From: Chiloscyllium plagiosum
Lineage: Eukaryota
DNA length: 63,677 bases
NCBI RefSeq assembly: GCF_004010195.1
Contig: NC_057719.1
Location: forward strand, 94,136,659 to 94,200,335
Direction: 5' to 3'
In this document: piece after piece, positions 26,457 to 38,484 of the stretch
Position numbering within the stretch: position 1 is the stretch's first letter
Layout of the letters: every line of letters begins with the position of its first letter
Program-made: the position numbers and the translations under genes
Notes under the pieces: generated by a model
The model's input: only the letters and a program-made list of their open reading frames with translations
Database searches by the model: none
Told to the model about the DNA's origin: nothing

Positions 26457-27099
26457 GGAAAGTGAGTATTGCAGATGCTGGAGATCAGAGTTGAAAAGTG
26501 TGGAGCTGGAAAAGCACAGCAGGTCACGCAGCATCCGAGGAGCAGGGGAATCAACATTTCAGGCACAAGTCCTTCATCATGAAAGTGGGGAGTAAGGGAA
26601 GGGGAAGGGGGTTGAGTAATAAATAGGAGGGTAGGGATGGAGCTGGGTGGGAGGTAGCTTGGAAGGCGATAGGTAGATGCAGGTGGGGGTGATGGTGACA
26701 GGTCGGAGGGGTGGGTGGTAGGACAGCTGGACCCCTCAAACTATACAGCATCAACGTTGACTTCACCAATTTCCAAATCTCTCCTCCCCAACCTCATCCC
26801 AGATCCAACTGTATAACTTAGCAGTGCCCTCTTAAACTGTATTAACTGTCCATCTTCATTCCCAACTATACACTCCACCCTCCCCTCCGACATATCACTA
26901 ACACTCTGACCTACTTCTTCCCATCGCCATCCCAGTGACCCTCCCGCCAGCTCAGCTCCAACCCTCCTATTTATCTTTCAGCCCAGTTGTCTCCCCGCCA
27001 CATTTCTGATGATGGGTTTATGCCTGATATGTCGATTGTCCTGCTCTTCGGATACTACCTGATCTGTTGAGCATTTCCGGCGCCTCACTTCTCAACTCG
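26457..27099. mobile_element. Older inverted pair of PLE termini inserted in the Gmr1-type protease
   Basis: Minus arm 26457-26725 and plus arm 26728-27093, each with a decayed hammerhead; TSD TAGAG(G/A)CTGAG at 26446-26456 and 27100-27110. Confidence 0.75.
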
Positions 27100-28864
27100 T
27101 AGAGACTGAGCAGATCCCGTATCTCGCAAAGCTTTAACTTCTTGTCCTCCCCACACCTGCCCGCAACCCACACACCCCCCACCCCCCCCCCACCCCGTTC
27201 TTTCTGAGTAAAGTTTATCCACAGAGGCGAATTCTTTGTAGAGATCAGGCACTGAATCTATACCCAGCCCCTGCCTAAGCTGTGCACTCTCCAGGAGCTC
27301 CTCAGTTCCACTTGGGGTCTCCTTTACCAGTTTCACTAATGCCACTGGCTTAACCTATTTTATCACATTTGCCCAAAGTGTCTTCCTTCACTGCCCAGCA
27401 CTGTGTGTCCCAGCTCACTGCAGTGAAAACACCTTTTCCCAAGGCCCTTCTTAAACCATCGGCACTGTAATTTTATGTGTTCCACGCCCTGAACGTGAGA
27501 CACATGAGGCCTTTCACCACAGTTCAACTCCCTTGGGCATCTTTTTTCACCTGTGGTAAACTGTTGCCAGTGTGCTTTCCTCTATATCTTGTTATATAGG
27601 ATCTCCCGTTCTCCCAATTTCTATCCTTCACAGGATGAAAATCCTCCCAGAAGGTAAATTTCATCTCATGCACCAATGCATATTTACCTGCCATTTCTGT
27701 TGCACTTCTCACTTCTTGAACTTTCTGTTCGTTCACATAAATTCTTACCATCTCTGGAAGTGAGGCTTTAAACTCCGCCAGCAGAATAATCTCCCTTTGA
27801 ACCTCACAGGTCTTATCCATTTTTAAGGCCCACACCCAACTATCAAAATGACTGTGGTTAAACATTTCAAACTCAACATAAATTTGACCTTGTTCCGTCT
27901 GTATATTCCTGAATCTCTGTCTATATGCTTCTATTACCAATTCATCAGCACTCAAAATAGCATGTTTGACATCTGCATAATCTCTTGACGCCACATCTGA
28001 CAGCACTGTTCATACCTCTCAAGCTGTGCCCACTAACTTAATCTGAACTAACATTACCCACAAGTTCATTGGACACATCTTCTGCCGAGTCAATTTTTCA
28101 AATGAAATAAAAAAGGCTTTGACATTTTTCACACCGAAATATGGCAAAATATTAACATAGTTGTATACATCTCTAAGTTCTCCCTTCATCTTCATGCTGC
28201 TAATTTAACTTTCTTATCTAATTCCCAACTTCAGAATTTCAAATTCTCTCTCTATTTCTTTTTCCTCTGTTTCTCTTTATCTTTCTTTTCTCTCTCTCTT
28301 TCTGCCTCTTTCTTTATCTTCTAACTCCAGTTGCCACATTTGTAATTTAAGTTTTTCTATCTCTACTCCCTGTTTCTCTGATACACCAACGTGCTTGATC
28401 AACTTCATTAAGATTTCAGCTTTCCTTTTCTCCCTGGTTAATCCCAATTCTAACCTATTTGTTAATTCTTAAAGTATGCCCTTCCTCTATCTATCTAAAC
28501 GTTCTTGGCAAATTTGGGATTCATTTTCAAATCCCAGAACCTCTTTAGTATTGTTAAAAGACATTTATTTTTAATTTAACCGACACAAGGAAGCAAAATT
28601 AAGTGAATTATTTCACCTGTTTTATTTGAAAATCTAGGTCACTAACTGCCAAGTGATAGAGTCTGCTGGGACATTTTATACCCCAAATCTATTCAAATTT
28701 GTCCAAATCACATACGACAAGACCCGCTGTCATTTCGATGTCGAACCCCTCTGTTAATTAAAACCACACACTCAGAAAAGCTCACCTCGCCTTAGACTCT
28801 GTTAAAACATGAGGGACAGAGAAGTCCCAAATCCAACTATTAACAGAAAACATTATATGTATGT

Positions 28865-29245
28865 AAGTTATCTCACTGAGTTTGAAGGTTTGTTTTCAGA
28901 TGTTTCGTCACTATGACGAGATCACATCATCAGCGAGAGTCTCTGCTGAAGCCCTGGTGGTATCTCCCACCTCTCTGTTTATAGCTCTTGGTTTCTTAAG
29001 TTGGGTGATGTCATTTCCAGTTCTTTTCTTCAAGGGAAGGTAGATACGATCTAAGTTGATGTTTTTATTAATGTACTTCTGGTTAGAAGGCCATGCCCCT
29101 AAAATCTTTCGTGAGTGTCTTTGTTTCACTTGTCCTGGTATGAGTATGTTGTCCCAGTCAAAGTGGTGCCCTTTGTGGTCTGTATGTATGGAAATTAGTG
29201 ATAGTCGATCATATCTTTTGGTGGCTATTTGGTGTTCATGTATCC
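28865..29245 (-). mobile_element. Poseidon-type PLE 3' fragment with hammerhead motif
   Basis: KQRHSRKILGAWPSNQ; minus strand CTGATGA-TGTGATCTCGTCATAGTGAC-GAAACATC at 28933-28899. Confidence 0.8.
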
Positions 29246-29811
29246 TGTAGCACTACAACAGGATAGTTTGAAATTGTGGAAAACTGATTTTATATACCCT
29301 ATTTAATCATTGTGTGTTCAGAAAAGTAAGATTGGTCATATGTGCACAACACATTCAGAATGAAAAACGGAGTTAACAAAAAATGATGCACATTACATAT
29401 AAAATTTATAAAACATTAAAGCATTATTTGGTCCTCATCTGATGTGATATTTTCCCCTTCTATCAACATTCCCCCTTTTCTCGGGTTCCCTACTCCTGTC
29501 TCTCATTCTTATCAGGGTGTGTGTTATAAATTCTTGTTTCTGGTTTCCCAACTTATTTCAGTTAATCCCCTTTCTACCAGATATTAAATATATTGGCCTT
29601 CTGGGTTCTTTCCAAAGCTAGTGTCTGTCATATTATTGGAGGTAAAAATTCTGGCGTCAGACCCAGCATTTGAACGTATTATTCTGTTGTACATGCACTG
29701 TATAAAGGACCACAGCAAACAGGAATTGCCAAAACATTGAGGGATGTGCACCTATGTCTTTCGATAATCTATTTTACTCATTTTCCACATCTCCAAAATC
29801 TATATCCTCAC

Positions 29812-30215
29812 TTACGTTCTTGTGGTTCTGTTCGCCGAGCTGGGAATTTGTTTTGCAGACGTTTCGTCCCTGTCGAGGTGATATTCTCCGTGCTTGGGAG
29901 TCTCCTGTGAAGCGCTTCTGTAATGTTTCCTCCGGCATTTATAGTGATTTGTATCAACCGCTTCCGGTTGTCAGTTCCAGCTGTCCGCTGCAGTGGCCGG
30001 TATATTGGGTCCAGATCGCCGTGCTTGTTGATCGAATCTGTGGATGAGTACCATGCCTCTAGGAATTCCCTGTCTGTTCTTTGTTTGTCTTGTCCTATAA
30101 TAGTAGTGGTTGTCCCCGTCGAACTCATGTTGCTTGGCATCTGCGTGTGTGTCGTTTCGTGGCTAGTTGGTGTTCATGGATGTGGATCGTTAGCTGTCTT
30201 CCTGTTTGTCCTTTT
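29812..30215 (-). mobile_element. Poseidon-type PLE 3' fragment
   Basis: IIGQDKQRTDREFLEAWYSSTDSINKH; decayed hammerhead ...GGGACGAAACGTCTGC at 29855-29893. Confidence 0.85.
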
Positions 30216-31760
30216 TCGTTCTCTGTTTGTGTCTAGTTAAGAAATCCACCAATAATTCTTCGTGTCACATCTCTCAAAACTCCTTCTTTCGGTTTATATC
30301 TGTTGCTTTCTTCTTGATGTAATGTGATTATAATTGAGCAATGTAACTACAAAGACATGAGGGAGGAGCTGGCCAGAGTTAATTGGAAGGGGAGCAGAGC
30401 AGGAATAACCATGGAGCTCTTATCTGGGGATAATTCGGAAGATAATAAAATTCATCCCCAAAAAAATGAAACATACTCATGGGAGGACAATGCAGCCATG
30501 AGCCATAAGGCATCAAACCAAAAGAGAATACATGCAATGTGGTGTAGATTATTGGGATTCCAGAGAATTCATTGGCTCTGAAACTACATAAGGCTGGCAT
30601 CACTGACACTACAGAGCTCTTAATCATTGTCAGGGAGAGAAACAGAGGGAAAGACATTCACCTTAAACACAGAAGATGGCATTACTCAAGGAAAAGGTAT
30701 CAGATGAATTAAACAATTGAATTAAAATCAGTTTATTGATTTTGTGAATTGTCAGATTGGAAGCATGACCCGGGGAGAGACCCTCAGCAGTATGAGAATA
30801 TGTAAATGAAAGTATTAGCACATCAGAAACCAGAGGTAAGTCATTGAGTGCAGGGCTGATGGGTAAATGGGGCTCGGTGTGAACTGGGTGACAGACAGCA
30901 GAATTGCTTTGCAGATATTGCAGCTCAAAGCTGTGTATCTATGTAGTGCAGTAGAGCACAGCAGCAGAAGAAGCAAAACAGCATTCAATCACAACCTGTA
31001 ACTTTTTGCCCAGGATATTTCCTCAGTCTGCCCTTGCCACCAACCAGGTTTATTATTCAGTGATGAGTGTGGGTGAACATGTCCTGACAGAACCACGTGA
31101 ATCTAAACCTGATGACAATCCATTAAAGCACTTGACCAACAGATCTGATCGAAGCTCCACAGTCTTGCCACATTCAGTCATAAATGGTGGTGGAAGGTTG
31201 AACAAATGACTGGAGGAAAGGGATCCACAAATATCCCCATCCGAAATAATCAAACAGCCTTACACATCAGTGTAAAAGACCAGGATGTAGTGGCTGCACC
31301 GTCCTCAGCCAGAGTGTCGAGTTGATGATCCAAAACACTCTCCTCATGCTGCCCACAGAATCACAGATGCCGGTTTTCAAACAATTCGATTCGCTGCACG
31401 TGACATGAGGAAACAGCTGAACACAGTAGATATGACAAAGGCAATGGGCCCTGACACCATTCCTGCAATAGGACGGAAAATTGTGCTGCACAACTAGCCG
31501 TGTCCCTGGGGAAGCTGTTTCATTCCAGCTTTGACTCTGACATCTCCATGGTAATGTGGAAAATTACTCAAATATATCCAGTCATTTAAGAGGGGAACGA
31601 TTACAATCTGACCAATTACCACCCCCTCAGGCCCATCACTACAGTCAAATTGGTGTGAGCTCTTTTTGACATAGCTGTCAAGCAGCACAGAAACAACCCC
31701 CTATTGGTTTCCAATAGGACCCGATGTGGTTATGGTGCAGTTGTGGAATTGTCACTGGAT

Positions 31761-32419
31761 TGTATGGAAAATAAAGAACATAAATGCGTGGGAAGGGTTA
31801 AAGCATGAAGACCACTGGCAATCTGTGGTCTGTGGAAGGCAGGAAGTGATGAGAATCGTGGAATGCTCTTACACCAATTAGCCGAGTAAGGTTAAGGCTG
31901 AAAGGTCACTATGGCGAGATGAGATAACACAAGTAATAATGCAAGTTTCTGTGTTGTGTTATTATGACAGGATTGGGATAACAAAATATTTGGGACATGA
32001 CGTTAAAATATCTAATTAATAGTTTGCAGAGTCAGCTTGAGACAGGAGACTATTGTAAAAGATGGAATAGCTAAATATCTATCAGGTTAGTCTGAAATTG
32101 AAGATCACTGTAGCAGAGTTAGCAATAAGTATCTGGCCGTGACATTAGAATAACATTAAGTAGAATGTACAAAGAAAGAGATATGGGAACTAACATCACT
32201 GGTTTATTGTGTAGTTGGAGTGAGGTACTTTGATTAATATAGTTGGACGTATTGATACGCTAACAGAGACATGATAAAAAAAATCCACTGACCCTGAGGT
32301 CCAGGGACATTCGAGAATCTGCTTTCTCAGTGTCACAGTTGTTTGTTTGCAAATAAAAGACCTATTTATTGAAGAACTCTCTTTGTCTCCTGGTGATTCT
32401 CTATATTTTCTCCACAACA
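31761..32419 (+). mobile_element. Solo LTR
   Basis: TGTATGGAAAATA...TATTTTCTCCACAACA termini; AATAAA at ~32352; ATTG at 31759-31762 and 32420-32423; absent from the paralogous copy A. Confidence 0.75.
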
Positions 32420-32688
32420 ATTGCTAATCCAGACCAGGCTAATGCTCAAGCAGCTGGTGGAAGTTAAAAACAATTAATAAAATACTGAGATGCAAAATCT
32501 GGTGTCAGTAATAGTGACCTTGAAGCCAATGTCGATTGTAAACACCAACTTGATTCCCTTATGCAGTTTCAGGAAGTGAATCACCCGTTCTTTCCTGGTC
32601 TGGCCAAAAAGTGACTCCAGACACACAGACATGTGATAAACAATTCAATGGTCTCTGAAACAGCCAAGCAAGACACTCTATTGCATCA

Positions 32689-33127
32689 GAGGTCGGAGCT
32701 GCGGTGAGAAGAACTTGAAGAAGTTTTCCACCTCTCTAAACAAGAATCTCAGTGCGTTTCTCTCTCACTGCAACCCCCAGGTCATCTGCCCGGAACCTCT
32801 TCAACCATGTCCTGAAACAGACTCGCTACCACAGCCACGTTTGCCTTATCCTCATTTTCCCTTCCCCCACCTCACCCCAGCTGCAACCTTCCAGGTCAGC
32901 ACCGTCCTCATGACCTGTCCTATCTGTCTATCTTTCTTTCCACCTATCCACTCCACCATCCTCTCTCTCCACTCTGCAGGCAACCTACCTTTATTCCTGA
33001 TGAAGGGCTTCTGCCAGAAACGTCGATTTTTCTGCTTGTATAGCTGTCTGACCTGATGTGCTTTTCCAGCACCACTCTAATCTCGACTCTGGTTTCCAGC
33101 ATCTGCAGCCCTTGTGTTTACCTGCTG
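32689..33127 (+). mobile_element. PLE terminal fragment with an intact hammerhead core
   Basis: TSD TATTGCATCA at 32679-32688 and 33128-33137; ATTCCTGATGAAGGGCTTCTGCCAGAAACGTCGATT at 32993-33028. Confidence 0.8.
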
Positions 33128-33429
33128 TATTGCATCAAACTGCTCCGATGTCTTAAAGGATAAAACTGGACAGAACAACAGGCACCAGCCTCAGTATTGG
33201 AAAATGGAACGGGAAACACAGTCTTGATGACTCTGCAGAGACATCCTTCCTAACATCTGAGAACTTGAGACATCATTTACAGAGCTTTCCCCAGACTGCA
33301 CAGAAACATCGGGAAAGGAGGAGGTCATTTATCACATTGTGGCTTACTCATTCTAGTTCATGTTCAAACATCTCCGCAATGCACTTCTCCCACACAATCG
33401 TTAATTTTGATTAACCTTGGGAAGCTATA

Positions 33430-34600
33430 AAATAAGAAGTGCAGTAGTCCCTTTGGTCCATCGAGTTTGCTACCCAATTCATTATAATAATGACTGGGCC
33501 TTTATTTCCACACAATACTCCTGCTCTCCCATTATCCCTTTAGTGACCCAAAATCCTTATTTATATTCAGTGTATTGGTTTCCAGATGCAAGCACATTCT
33601 CCAGGTTCACCAGCCTCTGAGTGCAAACATTTAGTCTCATCTCAATGTAGAGTGTCTATCCTGTACCTAATACTTTGGGCTCTTGTTTTAGACGGCCCAG
33701 CTAGGGGAATTATCATCCCTGCTTCCAATCTGTCTCGCCCTGTCAGAGTTTTATATATTTCATTGGTATCTCCACTCATTTTCCTAAACCCCAATGGAAT
33801 ACAGGCTCTGTCACCCCAAACTCTGCTCCTACAACAAGCCTGCCATCCCAGAGATTAGTCTGCTCATCCTTCGCTGCTCTCCCTCAATGTCACATTTTAC
33901 CTTTATTAGGTAAGGAGACCAAAACTGCACACAATACTGCACAATGTTCGAGATGGGGTCTCATCAAAATCCTGTACAACTGCAATGAGACACCCTTACT
34001 CCTGGTCTTAAATCCTCCAGGAATGAAGGTCAACACATCATTGATCTTCCTAACTGCTCCCTGTTCCTGCAATATTGCTTTCGGTGATTGGTGCACAGGG
34101 AGATTCAGATCCTTTTCAATGTTACAGCTCTCCACTTGGGTCTATGTACACTGGTCAGAGTGCCAATGCCATTCCCAGTATTGACTTCGGGCCTCAGAAC
34201 TCATTGCTCTGCATGGACCTCGGAGGTTTTTTTTGCAGAAGGAGTCAAAAAAAGGTGCATATGTCCCTTTGTAGATCAACATGTTTCAAGCAACCCCTTT
34301 TCAAACGATACACTGCCAATCTATTTTTCCCACCAAAGGGCACACCGTCACCTCTACTCACACTGCTTGCCATTTGCCACGTATTTGCCCATTCACTCCA
34401 CTTGTCTCAATCACCTTGGAGCTTTTTTATACAATCTCCTCTTCCACTCACAATCCAACATCCTTTAGTTCTTTCAGCAGGCTGAGATATATTGTATTTG
34501 ATTCCCACAACCAAATGTTAAATGGGTATTGTGAAAAGCTGGGTCCCGTTCACCGATCCCTGCGATACCTCAGCAACCTTCCTCTGTTTAAAAAAGTTTT
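33430..34600 (-). mobile_element. Degraded CR1 LINE
   Basis: LQLYRILMRPHLEHC on the minus strand. Confidence 0.75.
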
Positions 34601-34614
34601 TGTTTTCAATTTAT

Positions 34615-36915
34615 TTATTTCGTGAAACTGGAAGTCACTGGCTGGGCCAGCATTTATTCCCTGTCCTCGTTCCCCTTGAGAAGGTGGTGGTGAACTGCTG
34701 GGTTGAACCGTTGCAGTTCACCTGCTGTGGTTGACGCACAATGCCATTAGGAAGGGAATCCCAGGATTCTGGCCCAGTGACTGTGAAGGAACAGTGATTT
34801 ATTTCCAAGTCAGGATGGTGAATCACTTGGAGGGGAACTTGAAAATGGTAGTGTTCCCATAGATCTGCTGCCCTTGACCATCAAGATAGACATGCTCATG
34901 AGTTGGGAAGATGGTGTCTGAGGATCTTTGGTGAATCATTTCATTGTAGCATGTAGATAGTAAAACACTGCTGCTGCCGAGTGTTGATGGTGGAGCATTG
35001 TGGATGAAGTGACAGTCAAACTGGTTGCTTTGTCCTGGGATGGCATCAAGCTTCTTGAGTGTTGTTGGAGCTACACTCATCCAGGCAAATGGGGAGCATT
35101 CTATCACACTTCTGACTTATGCATTGTAGATATTGGATAGGCTTTTGAAAGTCAGGAGGTGAGTTACTCGCCACAGTATTCCTAGCTCTGAACTCCTGTG
35201 GGCGGCACGGTGGCACAGTGGTTAGCACTGCCGCCTCACAGCGCCAGAGACCCGGGTTCAATTCGTATGGACTTGTTGGGCCGAAGGGCCTGTTTCCACA
35301 CTGTAAGCAATCTAATCTAATGCTCTTGTAGTTACTGTGTTTTTGTGGCGAGTCCAGTGAGTTTCTGAACAATGATTACCCCCCCCCCCCCACCAACCAC
35401 CCCCAGGATTTTGATACTGGGGTATTCAGTGATGGTAAAACCATTGAATGCCAATTGAATGTGTTTAGATTGTATTTTATTGGTGATGGCCACGGTCTGT
35501 CATTTGTGTGGCGTGAATATTACTTGCCACTTGTCAACCTGGATACTGTCCAGATGTTCTTGCATTTGGACATGGATTGCTTCAGTATCTGAGGAGCCAC
35601 AAATGTTGCTGAACATTGTCCAATCATTGGCGACCATCCCAACTTCTGGCCTTATAATGGAGGAATGGTCAATGATGAAGCAGCCCTGAAGATGTTTGGG
35701 CTTGACCACTGCCCAAGGGATTCCTACAGAATTGTCCTGGAACTGAGCTGACTGACTTTCATCAACCATGACCATCTTCAGGTGTCAGGTATGATTCTGA
35801 CTGGTGGCGAGTTTGCCTCTGATACCCATTGATTCCAGTTTTGCTAAGGCCCCTTGATACCACACTTGCTCGAAGGCAGCCTTGTTTTAAAGGGCTGTCA
35901 TCCTCACCCCACCTCAGGAATTCAGATCTTTTGTCCATGTTTGAACTAAGGTAATGAGGTCAGCAGCTGAGTGGCACTGGTGGAGCCCAACCTGGGCGTC
36001 CTTGACCAGATATTGCTGACCAGGAGCTGCTTGAAAGCACTAACACCTTCCATCACTTTACTGATGGTCGAAAGTAGACTGATGGGGTGGTAATTGGCCA
36101 GATTGGATTTGTTCTGCCTTTTATGTTTTGGTGATACTTGGGTAAGTTTCCACATAGTCGGGCAAATATCATGGTTGTAACGGTATTGGAACAGCTTGGC
36201 TAGGGCAATGTTAATTTCTGGAGCACAAGATTTCAGTACTATTGCCAGAATGTTGTCAGCATGTGTACTCTTTGAAGTATCCAGTGTCTCCAACCGTTTC
36301 TGGATATCGCCTAGATTGAATCGAATTGATTGATGACTGGTAACTGAACTGCTGAGGACCACTGGAGGAGGCCGAGATGGATCATCCACTCAGCATTCCT
36401 GACTGAAGATTGTTGCGAATGCATCAGCCTTATGTTTTACACTAAAGTTCTGGGCTTTTCTATCATTAAGGATGGGGGTATTTGTGGAATCTCTTTCTCC
36501 AGTGAATTGTTTAATTAATGCCAGCGTTTCTCGACTAAATGTGTAAGGACTGCAGAGCTTAGATCTGATCTGTTGCTTGTGGGATCACGTAGCTCTGTCT
36601 ATCATTTACTGCTTATGCTGTTTGGTGTATAAGTAGTCCTGTTTGGTGGCTTTATCAGGCTGACACCTCATTTTCAGGTTTGCCTGGTGCTGCTCCTGTC
36701 ATCCTGCACACTCCATTGATCCAAGGTTGAGCCTCTAGCTTGATAGCAATTGTTGTGAGGGGGATATGCCAGGCCATGAGGTTGTGTAGGAGTACAATTC
36801 TCCTGCTATTGATGACCCACAACACTTTATGGACACCCAGACTTGAGCTGCTGGATCTGTTTGAAGTGTCCTACTTAGCACAGTGATAATACAACCCAAA
36901 ATGATGGATAATATT
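34615..36915 (-). mobile_element. L2/CR1-group LINE ORF2 remnant with 3' tail
   Basis: DNILAIVLKSCAPE...NYHPISLLSTISKVME; DKWQVIF; tail AATAAATGCTGGCCCAGCCAGTGAC. Confidence 0.8.
35198..35320 (+). mobile_element. Internally deleted HE1 SINE (head fused to tail)
   Basis: GTGGGCGGCACGGTGGCACAGTGGTTAGCAC...GGGTTCAATTC joined directly to GTATGGACTTGTTGGGCCGAAGGGCC...TAATCTAA. Confidence 0.85.
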
Positions 36916-38484
36916 CTCAATGTGAAGACGGGACAAAGCTTCAAATCCCTGCTCACGTTTTACATCAATCTGTTCAAGAGATTTCCAGTCCATTTTCCTG
37001 AATTCTGTACCTACACTCTCCTTCTCCCAAGTAAAACAGATGTGAAGCCTCATGTCACAATCTATCAATGTTCTCCAGCTTCACACACAGGTTGTCCCCT
37101 TTGGTTTCTAATAGACACTGACTGTTGGCTGATTGTTCTATTCTACTTGTACATGTAGAATATTATGAGATTCTCCTAATCTCGCTTGTTTGCACTTCTC
37201 CATGCCCTCTGTTATTCAGACCCCTCGATGTTTCTAAGTTTCTAAGATTAACTACGATCACCACTCATCCTTTGAAACTCAAGATCACAGGCTGAGTTTC
37301 CCCATCAGACAATTTTGCCATTTTAGAGATTAATCTGGAGAATGCATTTTGCAGTTCTTCTGTAGTCAGTATATTCGATCTTAGATTGGCACTCCAAACG
37401 GTACACAATATCCCAAGTTTATTCTCACCAACATTCTATGCAACTGGTGGACGACATCCTCTATATTCCAGTTACATCCACATGAATGTAAACCTAATTT
37501 TTACTGTCCCATTTGCGTATGTTCTGCCCGATGCCTTTCGCATAACTTTTCTAACGAACTTACTGTATGCGTTCTTTAAGAAATGGGGCTCCTGAATATC
37601 AAACTATACGTTATCCATTGGTTCCTCATTGCCTATGTCTACAAGAACCATCTTCAAACCATTCCAAAAAAATGTTTGCCACTTATGGTTTTCCTTTCAC
37701 TGATGCATTATCATACTTCCCAGTTTTGCTATCACCTTCTATATGTTTAGTAGCACATTATTTGTAATCGTGTCCAATAGTCCAACGGATGGCAAGTTAT
37801 CTGGTCTGTAGTTCACCACTCTCCATCTTCATCCTTTCGTAAACTGGCGGATAATATTTATAACAGTCCCTTATCCCTATTGGCTACCTTCCTGTAGGGA
37901 ATGTGTCGGAAAATAACATGAAAATTCACAATGCAATTAATTTGACTATTGCTGCTTTCTCTGAAATTTTTGTTTGAAATATATCTGGTCTGTCAGATTT
38001 GTCAATACTCAATCCAGCTGCCTTTTCAAATACTACCTCATCACTGATATGAATGCTCTTAGACATTACTTACCCAAATCCCACGGTAACTTGGTATTTC
38101 TGGGAGAATTTCTGGATATTCTTGAATGAAGACAGACACAAAGAAACTATTTATTTTCTCTGTAATGTCTCTGTTCTCTACAACAAATTATCCTGTCCGC
38201 ATACTCACTGTTCCTCATTTGATATTGTTTTTATTTCTCTTTCATACATTGATAGAAGCTTTTTAGCTGTCTTTATGTTTTTTTGTTTGCATGCTTTTTG
38301 ACCTTCTTCTCAGTTTCTTGGTCATCCTTTGCTGGGTCCTACATTTCTCTGAATCCACTGGCTTACTACAATACTCGATATTGTTGTAAGCCACTTCCTT
38401 TGATGTAATAGGTAAATGAAGGTGGAGCTGAAAGTGATAGTTCGGAGAGGAGGATGGACCAGATTGATGGGAAGGAAGATAGTC

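Larger units (their letters stand above)
18075..28860 (-). mobile_element. Gmr1-type Ty3/Gypsy LTR retrotransposon (gag-PR-IN-RT-RH), decayed and multiply interrupted
   Basis: LTR pair (TCGAACCCCTCTGTTAATTAAAACCA at 18089 and 28741); PPT GAAGGGGGAGG next to TGTTA at 21186-21171; gag 28560-27400; protease LRDTG ~27125; integrase CHTCQ, DVSTRFPEA, IQSDQGS at 25800-25050; RT NNAPATF and EVTFLGHYIG at 24780-24540; RNase H region 21830-21350. Confidence 0.88.
30568..33490 (+). repeat. Copy B of the inverted segmental duplication, carrying later insertions
   Basis: Collinear with the reverse complement of 85-1440 once the LTR and PLE inserts and ~31000-31450 are removed. Confidence 0.8.

Noticed and set aside
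5888..35262. tRNA-like sequences (5890, 11685, 12960, 31730, 35200)
   Set aside because: They are SINE heads continuing into SINE bodies, without complete cloverleaves
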